The notes under the pieces: generated by a model
Told to the model about the DNA's origin: nothing
The model's input: the letters and a program-made list of their open reading frames with translations, nothing else
Databases searched by the model: none
Source: Candidatus Hermodarchaeota archaeon
Lineage (GTDB): Archaea > Asgardarchaeota > Heimdallarchaeia > Hodarchaeales > Hodarchaeaceae
Direction: 5' to 3'
Assembly: GCA_048886185.1 (NCBI GenBank)
Contig: JBHLKY010000010.1
Span: forward strand, 78,526 to 110,525
DNA: 32,000 nucleotides
Shown: positions 1 through 8,079 of the stretch, one piece after another
Layout: every line of letters starts with the position of its first letter
Position numbering within the stretch: the first letter of the stretch is position 1
Made by a program: the position numbers and the translations under genes

Positions 1-587
1 GGGGCGCGAATCCACAACGCAAAATCTTGTGGATTACGTTTTTCAGGATTTACAGCTATTCTAGCTCCTGCGGATTCATCGGAATAAGTCGAAGGACTAA
101 GTTCTCCATATGTTGGAAATTTTGTAACATCATAATAGATTGAACCATTTACCTCGTACGCATATCCCTTTTCCAACAAATCTTTTACAAATTCAATCAT
201 TTCAGGAATTTCTCCTGTAGCACGAGGGTAGATGTCAGATCGTTGAATATTGAGGGCATCCATATCTTCGAAAAATCTCCGAATTTGACTCTCCACTAAA
301 ACCATAGGTTGAATTTCTTTTGCCTTAGCTGTTCGAATTATTTTATCTTCTCCACTGTCAGCGTCATCAGTTAAATGACCAACATCTGTGAAATTCTGAA
401 CCCAAAAAACATTATAATTCCTCCAGCGGAGATACCGAACTAGGATATCCCAGTAGGAATAAGTTCTTGCGTTTCCAATATGAGCATCCTCATAAACTGT
501 CTGACCACACGAGTAAAAATGGACTTTTTTATCCTCAATAGGGATAAATACTTCTTTCTCTTGCGTTAAAGAGTTATATAGCTTCAT
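1..587 (-). CDS. cysS: Cysteinyl-tRNA synthetase, N-terminal part (runs off window start)
   Basis: Not in ORF track. Manual translation from ATG at 587: MKLYNSLTQEKEVFIP...YSCGQTVYEDAHIGNARTY...NFTDVGHLTDDADSGEDKII...YPRATGEIPEMI...KRNPQDFALW. Contains the class I HIGH-type motif (HIGN) and CysRS signature segments. Confidence 0.96.
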   Translation of the reverse strand, partial: MKLYNSLTQEKEVFIPIEDKKVHFYSCGQTVYEDAHIGNARTYSYWDILVRYLRWRNYNVFWVQNFTDVGHLTDDADSGEDKIIRTAKAKEIQPMVLVESQIRRFFEDMDALNIQRSDIYPRATGEIPEMIEFVKDLLEKGYAYEVNGSIYYDVTKFPTYGELSPSTYSDESAGARIAVNPEKRNPQDFALWIRA

Positions 588-763
588 CCGGATTAATTCC
601 AAGTATATATGTTAAATTCAGTTTCTAGCTCTAAAATGTTTTAATATTTATTTAATGTTTGAAAATTTAGAATAATCTAATAAGGATTTCAACTAAAATA
701 TCCAAATATACTTACCCATAAATAGTTAATAATATTGGCACTAAGAGAAGTATTGTTTATCTT

Positions 764-1582
764 TTGAAATCTGATAATGAAGGAATGATGATGGATTTTT
801 CAAAAACATGTTTTGATTGGGCATCATCATTCTACGATTACTCTCGCGCCGTTCCTGATGACTTAATTAATAAAATCAGTATAATCTTAAAGAAACATAT
901 AGAAATATTATCTACTTCAAAAATTCTGGAAGTTGGTGTTGGAACAGGGAGAATTGCGATTCCACTTTCAAAAAAACTAAACATAACAACAATTGGAGTT
1001 GATATCTCTTATAAAATGCTACAGAAATGTCACACGAAAATAAAATCTTCTAATTCACTTCAATTGCTTCTTGCTGATGCTCTTTCATTACCTTTCTCAA
1101 ATACTCAATTTGATGTAATTCTTACTTGTCATCTACTCCATCTTTTACCAAACATTTTCGATTTCATAAAAAATTTAAAACCAATATTAGTTCGACACGG
1201 ATATTTTATTAATTTAGAAGCATACATTAATTTTCATCAGACTATTCCTTTTGTGATTTATTATGGAAAACTGGCTGAAAATGGATTTCATCATATCTTC
1301 AGAGGGGATATCGTTCGACGAAGCCTTATCATTTACTTAACTAGAAAAGGGTGGAGTCATACTCAGTATGTAGTTGAAAGTAATAGATATATTCTAATGA
1401 ATGATCTTGTGCGTTTCATTCGTGAGCGTGTTTTTTCACATCAGCGAGCTATTGCAGATGATCTTCATCTACGTTCGTTAGAATATCTCAATATGGAAAT
1501 CGAAAGAAAAATTATTGATTTATCAGAAGAAGTAATTGTACCTGCTACCTCTCGTATCAATATATTTCAGTGCCCTAATTAG
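764..1582 (+). CDS. Class I SAM-dependent methyltransferase (UbiE/Methyltransf_11-like)
   Basis: Motif I ILEVGVGTGR, acidic GVDIS, ADALSLPF..QFDVI. True start may be one of the ATGs near 785-791 rather than the TTG at 764. Confidence 0.85.
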   Translation: MKSDNEGMMMDFSKTCFDWASSFYDYSRAVPDDLINKISIILKKHIEILSTSKILEVGVGTGRIAIPLSKKLNITTIGVDISYKMLQKCHTKIKSSNSLQLLLADALSLPFSNTQFDVILTCHLLHLLPNIFDFIKNLKPILVRHGYFINLEAYINFHQTIPFVIYYGKLAENGFHHIFRGDIVRRSLIIYLTRKGWSHTQYVVESNRYILMNDLVRFIRERVFSHQRAIADDLHLRSLEYLNMEIERKIIDLSEEVIVPATSRINIFQCPN

Positions 1583-1614
1583 CGAAGAAGTGAAGTACAA
1601 GGAGCCAAACTACT

Positions 1615-2844
1615 ATGGATAATGAAAATTTGGATAGTTTATTCCCAGAGGAAAAGACGGAAAAAACCTCAACAGAACCAATTTTAGTGACCGAATTTGA
1701 TCCCGAACGTCGTGAGTTAGCAATTGCTTATACGCGTACTTCTCGTCGTTACAGTGTTCGATTAATGATTATCTCTTTCATAATCTCTCTATGTGTTCTT
1801 CTTACAAGAATTTCTGTATTCTTTCAAAACTTACTCAAGGAATTCACCCTATCGGATCCTTTCATTCTCACTGGTATTTTTTTCATTATTGGTTTTCTAA
1901 TAGTAAACGTTGCAGAGCTACCTGTATCTTTTTACCTACACTCTAGATTGTCCCGTAAATATGGTTTATCTAAATTAACAAACAAGAAGTGGTTTTGGCG
2001 TTATGTAAAAGGTAATTTTTTAAGTTTTATAATTGGTTTTCCTCTGTTTGAAGGATTCTATTGGATATTGAGAACATTTCCAAATTCTTGGTGGATATGG
2101 GCAACATTGATACTGACTGTGTTTTCTATTATTCTTTCCAATCTTATACCCATAATTTTATTACCTCGCTTTTATCAATTTGACCCATTAGAAGATTTTA
2201 ATCCCGATTTAGCAGCCGAACTTTCAGATATGACCCAAAAGATTGGTATTAAAACAACTGACGCGTTCATTTGGCGTGTAGGGGAGGTAGCAACAATTTC
2301 AAATGCAGCCCTCTTAGGTCTTGGGAATACCCGAAGAATCATTATCGCTGATACTATGCTAGGTAAATACACCAATAATGAAATCAAATGGATTCTAGCT
2401 CATGAAATCGGCCATTTCAAGCATCATGATTTTTGGAAAAGAATTATTCTAGCAAGTATCACAACTTTTCTTATATTCCTTCTCACCCATCTAACTTTTT
2501 CTCCTGTTGCAGATTTCTTCGGGTACTCATTAGTAATTGGAGATGTTAGTGGTATTCCTGCTCTCGGTCTATGTTTTTGGTTTTTCTCTTTCATAATTGA
2601 GATACCCTCTCTTTATTACTCCAGGAGACAAGAAACAGCAACAGATGACTTTGCTTCTTCAATTATTCCTGACCCCATTACAACGAAAAGCCTGTTTATT
2701 AAAATGGCGGACCAAAACCTCTCGGATATTGATCCACCTTGGTGGGAAAAAGTGTTCTTTATGTCTCACCCATCGATTATTGATCGAATCAAGCGTATGG
2801 AAAAAAAGTCGAGAACTCACAATCAATTCAACTCCTTGATTTAA
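1615..2844 (+). CDS. M48 family zinc metalloprotease, Ste24/CAAX-protease type, multi-pass membrane
   Basis: HEIGH zinc motif, NAALLGLGNTRRIIIADT segment, RRQETATDDFA third-ligand region, C-terminal SHPSIIDRI, several TM helices. Confidence 0.92.
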   Translation: MDNENLDSLFPEEKTEKTSTEPILVTEFDPERRELAIAYTRTSRRYSVRLMIISFIISLCVLLTRISVFFQNLLKEFTLSDPFILTGIFFIIGFLIVNVAELPVSFYLHSRLSRKYGLSKLTNKKWFWRYVKGNFLSFIIGFPLFEGFYWILRTFPNSWWIWATLILTVFSIILSNLIPIILLPRFYQFDPLEDFNPDLAAELSDMTQKIGIKTTDAFIWRVGEVATISNAALLGLGNTRRIIIADTMLGKYTNNEIKWILAHEIGHFKHHDFWKRIILASITTFLIFLLTHLTFSPVADFFGYSLVIGDVSGIPALGLCFWFFSFIIEIPSLYYSRRQETATDDFASSIIPDPITTKSLFIKMADQNLSDIDPPWWEKVFFMSHPSIIDRIKRMEKKSRTHNQFNSLI

Positions 2845-2916
2845 TATTCTCAATTGTGATTTAAGAAGAATTATGTTTTTAAATCGCATATATAAACAGG
2901 TAAAGTTGAAAACACA

Positions 2917-3105
2917 ATGAAAATTACATCTAAACTAACTTGTCCGAAGTGTAGTTTCACTGAAACATTGGAAATGCCTGTTGATCATTGCGTGGTTCTT
3001 CATAAATGCATCAACTGTCAGTATATACTTCAACCTAAAAACGAGAACTGTTGTATATTTTGTTCGTATGGTGATACTCCTTGTCCTTCCAAACAATCAA
3101 CCTGA
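2917..3105 (+). CDS. Small Cys-rich metal-binding protein, GDCCVxC-domain family
   Basis: 62 aa, 9 Cys: TCPKC...EMPVDHC...CINC...LQPKNENCCIFCSYGDTPCP, matching the family pattern TCPxC..MPxxxC..CxxC..KPxxGDCCVFCSYGxxPCP. Confidence 0.85.
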   Translation: MKITSKLTCPKCSFTETLEMPVDHCVVLHKCINCQYILQPKNENCCIFCSYGDTPCPSKQST

Positions 3106-3181
3106 ACATTCAACTGTTTCCAAATTTCAAAATTAAATCAATGTCAGTTGCAACTAGTACTAGGTTTCATTCTCCTCATTT

Positions 3182-3931
3182 TTAACTCAAGAGATTCATT
3201 AAATAAACAATATCTGCTTCTTCAATATTCAAAAATATGGTTCTAATAAAAAAAATCGCTAGTATGAGTGTCAAAGGGGCTAGGATTCCAGCAAGTGACA
3301 CAATTGTAGACCAAAAGCCGACACCAATGAGAATGATGATCCAGTAAAATCCAAGATCTACTAAAGCACCTATAAATAGAATTACTGCTGTACCAGCTAG
3401 AGTTTTTATGAAACCTCTATCCTCAGGAGTGAGTCTATCTTCTTTTAAAAGCTGATAAGACCTAAGTACAATTCTTATAACAAGGATAGTTATTAGGATT
3501 AATGGAATAAGGTAAGCTATTAAGAGGAGTATCGAAAACCATGGATCTGTTTCACTTATTCCTAATATAGCAAAAGATAATCCAGTGGTAATACCGAATA
3601 GAAATGGGATATATTTCTCCCAGAGAGTTCGTCTATTTGTGAATGCTGTGACATAAAATAGACTCATTTCAAGAGATAATATCGAGTACGCAATAGCAAC
3701 AACTCTTTTAATTAGAAATAAACTGATATCTGAATCCTCAGCAAAACCTACTATTAACATAACAATGAGAAAATAGAAGACCAATCCAAAGCTTAACATT
3801 ACGATGTGAAACAAAGATTCTTCACGAAATTTTCTCCAGATTTTAAAAAATTTAATGGCTACATAAAGAAATAAGCTCGCCAATGAAAAGATGCTAATCA
3901 TAGCACTCAATTGGAGTATAACATCAATCAT
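3182..3931 (-). CDS. Hypothetical integral membrane protein with about 7 TM helices
   Basis: Seven hydrophobic segments and a charged loop (RSYQLLKEDRLTPEDR) between helices 5 and 6. Start overlaps the stop of the upstream RHH gene (TAATG). Confidence 0.75.
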   Translation of the reverse strand: MIDVILQLSAMISIFSLASLFLYVAIKFFKIWRKFREESLFHIVMLSFGLVFYFLIVMLIVGFAEDSDISLFLIKRVVAIAYSILSLEMSLFYVTAFTNRRTLWEKYIPFLFGITTGLSFAILGISETDPWFSILLLIAYLIPLILITILVIRIVLRSYQLLKEDRLTPEDRGFIKTLAGTAVILFIGALVDLGFYWIIILIGVGFWSTIVSLAGILAPLTLILAIFFIRTIFLNIEEADIVYLMNLLS

Positions 3932-4137
3932 TAGTGATCCCCTATTATTTCTTTGGAAATATTCTCTGCATATTCATGTACCCATTCATGTAGCTTGTCT
4001 TGTAGCACATAAGCACAAAGCACGGAAGGGCGTAATTTAGTGACTTCTGATAATCTTTCAATTTCATGTAAAATCTTTAGTGGCAACCTGACTGTTATTG
4101 TTGATGTTCGCATGTAGAGCACCCTCTGGAATGACAT
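3931..4137 (-). CDS. Ribbon-helix-helix (CopG/MetJ-like) DNA-binding protein
   Basis: STITVRLP beta strand with alternating residues, then helix LKILHEIERLSEVT and helix RPSVLCAYVLQDKL. Alternative start at Met9 (4113). Confidence 0.7.
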   Translation of the reverse strand: MSFQRVLYMRTSTITVRLPLKILHEIERLSEVTKLRPSVLCAYVLQDKLHEWVHEYAENISKEIIGDH

Positions 4138-4147
4138 TTAAGGGGTT

Positions 4148-4162
4148 GTGCACACTGTACAC
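4148..4162. promoter_or_regulatory. Palindromic candidate operator GTGCACA-C-TGTACAC
   Basis: Imperfect palindrome (6/7 arm match) 10 bp upstream of the RHH start. A related copy lies at 11874-11888. Confidence 0.55.
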
Positions 4163-4167
4163 GAGAA

Positions 4168-4177
4168 TATTTATTAA
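4168..4177 (-). promoter_or_regulatory. Possible TATA box (TTAATAAATA) for the RHH-7TM operon
   Basis: AT-rich box 31-40 bp upstream of ATG 4137. Position fits an archaeal promoter, but specificity is low in AT-rich DNA. Confidence 0.3.
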
Positions 4178-4279
4178 TCGATTTCTAAAAGGAATGCAAT
4201 CCTCTCTGAAGTGGATAGGATCCATACAACTAGCAAAGAATTTAATTATGTAAGAAAATCTATAAAAGAAAATAATTAG

Positions 4280-4696
4280 GTGATTAGTATGTCGACTGAA
4301 CGAATAAAATATGAAACTAGTCCAATTGGACCTCGTATTATCGCCCTTGTTGTCGATCTCGTTATTGTATTGATCTTGGCTATAATATTTACATTTTTAG
4401 GTCAAATCGATTGGTTTTTTCTACAGCAATTACTTTCCCTTGATGTTGAGTACATTGAAGTAATCCCGATGGTTTTTGTATTTATGGTGATATTTAGTAT
4501 TCTGGTTTATTTCATTCTGGTGCCAAGCTTTACTAATGGTCAAACCATTGGAAAATTAATACTGGGTCTTCATGTAGTCTATGATGATAACTCAAACACG
4601 AAAATGAAATTTGTTACTCATGCAAAGCGACTCTTTTTCATGCGAGGAGGAACAAAAGTCGTTAAAGTGGTTGATGAACGACCCGAAGGTCTTTGA
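4280..4696 (+). CDS. RDD family membrane protein (short)
   Basis: IGPRIIALVVD (R..A..D) and GQTIGKLILGLHVV motifs, ending in GTKVV. Confidence 0.85.
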   Translation: MISMSTERIKYETSPIGPRIIALVVDLVIVLILAIIFTFLGQIDWFFLQQLLSLDVEYIEVIPMVFVFMVIFSILVYFILVPSFTNGQTIGKLILGLHVVYDDNSNTKMKFVTHAKRLFFMRGGTKVVKVVDERPEGL

Positions 4697-4750
4697 GAGC
4701 TGTGAAATCCAAGAGAGTATATTCTTCTTTTTTTATTAAAAATCCAATTT

Positions 4751-5497
4751 TTACCAGTATAGTTCCTTTGCAGGAATAAATTTCTGGGTATAATCCTCAA
4801 CAATTTTTCCATCTGATAATCGAATTACCCGATCACCTAGTGGGCAAATTGCTTCATTATGCGTAACAATGATTACTGTGCGGTTTAGTTTCTTCCCAGT
4901 CATGGCTTCCATTATTTCTAAGACTTGTCTACCTATCTTAAAGTCCAAATTTCCTGTAGGTTCATCAGCTAAAAGTATCTCAGGTTCTTTTGCTAGTGCT
5001 CTAGCAATAGCAACCCTTTGTTGCTCACCACCGCTTAATTGGGCTGGAAAATGATTAATTCGATCGTATAAACCAACTCTATTTAAGTACTCGATAGCAG
5101 TATTACGAATCACTTTTGAATCAAAAGACATTTCATCATTTTTTCCTGTTTTCACACCAACTAGTTCTAATGCATATTCAACGTTTTCTATAGCTGTTAG
5201 ACGAGAAATAAGGTTAAAAAATTGGAATACAACACCCACTTTTCTTCTTCGATAAATTGTTAGCCACTTATCTGATAATGTTGAAACATTAATCTTTCCA
5301 ACTTTTACCAGACCTGATGTCGGAATATCTAATCCTCCAATCATGTTAAGAAGTGTTGTTTTACCAGCTCCAGATGGCCCAAAGATAACGACAAGTTCTC
5401 CGAGTTCTATATGTAGATTGATTCCGCTCAAAGCTGGGATCGTGGTTTCCCCTAATGAATAGTTTTTGTAAATATTCTCGAGGGTGATAAATGCCAA
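4751..5497 (-). CDS. ABC transporter ATP-binding protein, MacB/LolD/FtsE family
   Basis: Walker A GPSGAGKTT, Q-loop VFQFFNL, signature LSGGEQQRVAIARA, Walker B LLADEPTGNLD, H-loop VTHN. TTG start supported by AGGAGG upstream. Confidence 0.96.
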   Translation of the reverse strand: MAFITLENIYKNYSLGETTIPALSGINLHIELGELVVIFGPSGAGKTTLLNMIGGLDIPTSGLVKVGKINVSTLSDKWLTIYRRRKVGVVFQFFNLISRLTAIENVEYALELVGVKTGKNDEMSFDSKVIRNTAIEYLNRVGLYDRINHFPAQLSGGEQQRVAIARALAKEPEILLADEPTGNLDFKIGRQVLEIMEAMTGKKLNRTVIIVTHNEAICPLGDRVIRLSDGKIVEDYTQKFIPAKELYW

Positions 5498-5504
5498 TTC
5501 TTAA

Positions 5505-5510
5505 CCTCCT
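5505..5510 (-). promoter_or_regulatory. Shine-Dalgarno AGGAGG for the TTG start at 5497
   Basis: CCTCCT on + strand, 7 nt from the TTG, overlapping the permease stop codon. Confidence 0.6.
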
Positions 5511-8052
5511 AGATTACTCGTTCTTTTGTGGCCTCTGCGAGATTCAGATTCAATGCTCGCCTCAATGGGAAGAATTGAGCCACTAATACACCAATGAAAG
5601 TGAGGCCAAATGAAATTAGAATTGTTTCATTACTCATGAACAATTTTACTCTGAAGAATTCTAAATCTAATACAACCCGCATGAAGAACCATAACATGAT
5701 CCATCCTAAGATTAATCCCATAACAGTACCAATTAAAGTTATAACTAAATTCTCAACAGTTACATTGCGAATAAGACGTCTTCCCGGGGTTCCTATAGTA
5801 AGGAGTGTTGCAATCTCTCGTTGTTGTTCTTGTAAATTAATATAGATGGTGTTATATACAATCGAACATGAAAGGATTACAGCAAAAACTGCTACGATGT
5901 AAATGATGAAATAAATTAAATTAAGTAAATCTAAGAAATCACTGCTCTGTTCTTCCCTAGTAAAGATATTTCTTATGTTGTAACTAAATTTTCCATAAAT
6001 TTCCTCCCGAATTAATTCTAATCTCTCCTGTGTAGGATTATCTACCTTGATTAGTATAGTATTAGCAGGTTGGCCAAAGTCATCAAAATTACTTACTGTA
6101 ATTAGCTTATCCAATCCCATATATGCGACTAGTCCGTTGAATTCATCCACAATTCCACTGATCCGAAATGAAACATTAACCATTTCAAAATGGGCTCTTA
6201 ATGGAGCAGAGCTCACTAGTTTTGTAAGGCGGGGAATCTCAAGATTGACAAAATCCTTTTCCCACACTTTAAGTTTTTCTGCTACTGGCCTACTTAATAT
6301 AATTCCACTGGGATCCCATTTCCCCGCATCAAATTCGAATATATGTGCAACATACCCATTCAAATCTTTCATTCCGATTAATTGAACCTGCTTACCTATA
6401 TTTGATCTATTTGATGTAACTGTCGCACCTGAAAGAAGGTGGTAGGTTACATTTGTGACACCATCAAGGGTATTGATAGCTCTTGCGATTTCTGAAGCAT
6501 TGGGTGGAATTTCGGAGTAATCTATACGCAAATCCCAGTCTTCAGCTACTTCATATTGAAATGCTAAGGCATAAGCCATTGATTCCATCATTCCAAAGGT
6601 CATGGATATCAATGATACCGAAACGATAACCGCAAAAACAGAACTGAAGGTTCTTCGTTTACTACGAAAGAAATTCCTTAAAGGAATCTTGTAGCCAGTG
6701 ACTTTCAGGTGAATCCTAAACTTACTTAATATTTGTTCGACAAGGGGGACTCGTCCAGTTGTAATGTGCAGTGATGGATCATATCGAAGACTTTCTGCAG
6801 GAAGAGGTTGTATTGCTCCCCGAATAGGCAGATATCCTCCAATTAATCCCGTAAAAATGCCTAAGAATAATCCTACTATGAGGATAGGATATTCAATAGT
6901 GACCTTAGGCTTGAAAGGAATTGTAAGCATCTGTGTGTACATAGGGCCAAACCAATCTAGGAAAAATAATCCCAAAATCGACCCCAAGATAGTTCCAATG
7001 AGTGTTACAATCATCGCAATTCCAAGATATTGAAGAATGATGGTTCTTCGACTATATCCGAGTGCTTGGGCAACACCAATATCCTTTCTTTCTGCTACAA
7101 CCATTCTTCCCAATAACACATACAATCCGCCCATAGCCATCACAAGAATAATTAATGGCAAAACATATCCAAATTCCCTAGCTTCTTCAATATCTAATTT
7201 GAGAACATAATAAGCAGGTTGTTTATCTCGATCTATGGGGTCACTTAATTTCAAATCATGGGTATCTTCAAGGAATGTCTTCAAATCCTCTGCTACCTGT
7301 TCTCGTTGGCGAGTAAAGAGATCAGGTTCTAGAAGTACAGAAATTTCATTTACACGTCTTGGAACATTAAGTAATCTTTGAGCAACTCTTAATGGTATAT
7401 ATATAACACCAAAACGACGTGGACTAGGCATAATATCTGCATACGATCCCATATTTATCAGATACTCTGGTGTACCAAGTGTTCCCAGAATTTCAAAAGG
7501 AACATTATTATCTCCCACTCCAATGAATTCCTGCTGTTCTAGCTTCCAATACGTTGCTAGATGCGTCTCGACAAGGCAAACATTTCGGTACTGGCTTATT
7601 TCCGAAAATGGGTCTCCATTAAGTATTTTAAATCCATTTACATTTGGCTGTGGGCGATAATTCCCAGCTTCATCAACAATACTGTATGCAACTATCCGAC
7701 CGTTTTGACGAGTACCTCGGATTTCAAATACTGTATCATAAATGATCCTTAATTCATAAGCTATTACTTTATTTCCTTCTTTTTTGTTCATAAATTCATC
7801 CATGTATTTTGTTAGATTATTATAATCTATCCAAGCATCTTCTCCTGTATCCCCTGGATTAGCTGTTTGCATAGTGAAACTTGCCATGTTATGATCAGTA
7901 AAAGCCTGGTTATATGTGCGGTTCATAACCACAAATGCAGTTATCATCCCATTAAATGAGGTTATCCCTATGGCTATTACTAGTGCAATAGTGAAGAAAC
8001 GAATTTTATGAGCTTTTAACGCGCGAAATATATTTTTAGTTGTTTTAGCCAT
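5509..8052 (-). CDS. FtsX/MacB-like ABC permease with two repeats (type VII ABC)
   Basis: Two units of TM, large extracytoplasmic domain, then 3 TM. Both have the conserved ERKDIGVAQALGY and QQREIATLLTIGT motifs. Confidence 0.93.
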   Translation of the reverse strand: MAKTTKNIFRALKAHKIRFFTIALVIAIGITSFNGMITAFVVMNRTYNQAFTDHNMASFTMQTANPGDTGEDAWIDYNNLTKYMDEFMNKKEGNKVIAYELRIIYDTVFEIRGTRQNGRIVAYSIVDEAGNYRPQPNVNGFKILNGDPFSEISQYRNVCLVETHLATYWKLEQQEFIGVGDNNVPFEILGTLGTPEYLINMGSYADIMPSPRRFGVIYIPLRVAQRLLNVPRRVNEISVLLEPDLFTRQREQVAEDLKTFLEDTHDLKLSDPIDRDKQPAYYVLKLDIEEAREFGYVLPLIILVMAMGGLYVLLGRMVVAERKDIGVAQALGYSRRTIILQYLGIAMIVTLIGTILGSILGLFFLDWFGPMYTQMLTIPFKPKVTIEYPILIVGLFLGIFTGLIGGYLPIRGAIQPLPAESLRYDPSLHITTGRVPLVEQILSKFRIHLKVTGYKIPLRNFFRSKRRTFSSVFAVIVSVSLISMTFGMMESMAYALAFQYEVAEDWDLRIDYSEIPPNASEIARAINTLDGVTNVTYHLLSGATVTSNRSNIGKQVQLIGMKDLNGYVAHIFEFDAGKWDPSGIILSRPVAEKLKVWEKDFVNLEIPRLTKLVSSAPLRAHFEMVNVSFRISGIVDEFNGLVAYMGLDKLITVSNFDDFGQPANTILIKVDNPTQERLELIREEIYGKFSYNIRNIFTREEQSSDFLDLLNLIYFIIYIVAVFAVILSCSIVYNTIYINLQEQQREIATLLTIGTPGRRLIRNVTVENLVITLIGTVMGLILGWIMLWFFMRVVLDLEFFRVKLFMSNETILISFGLTFIGVLVAQFFPLRRALNLNLAEATKERVI

Positions 8053-8079
8053 TTTAATTGCTCCTTTCTTTCTCTTCCA

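Noticed and set aside
3146-3163. Two overlapping 10-bp palindromes (AGTTGCAACT, CTAGTACTAG) between convergent genes
   Set aside because: Short, with no second copy found and no promoter context. Could be chance or a terminator element; not supportable.
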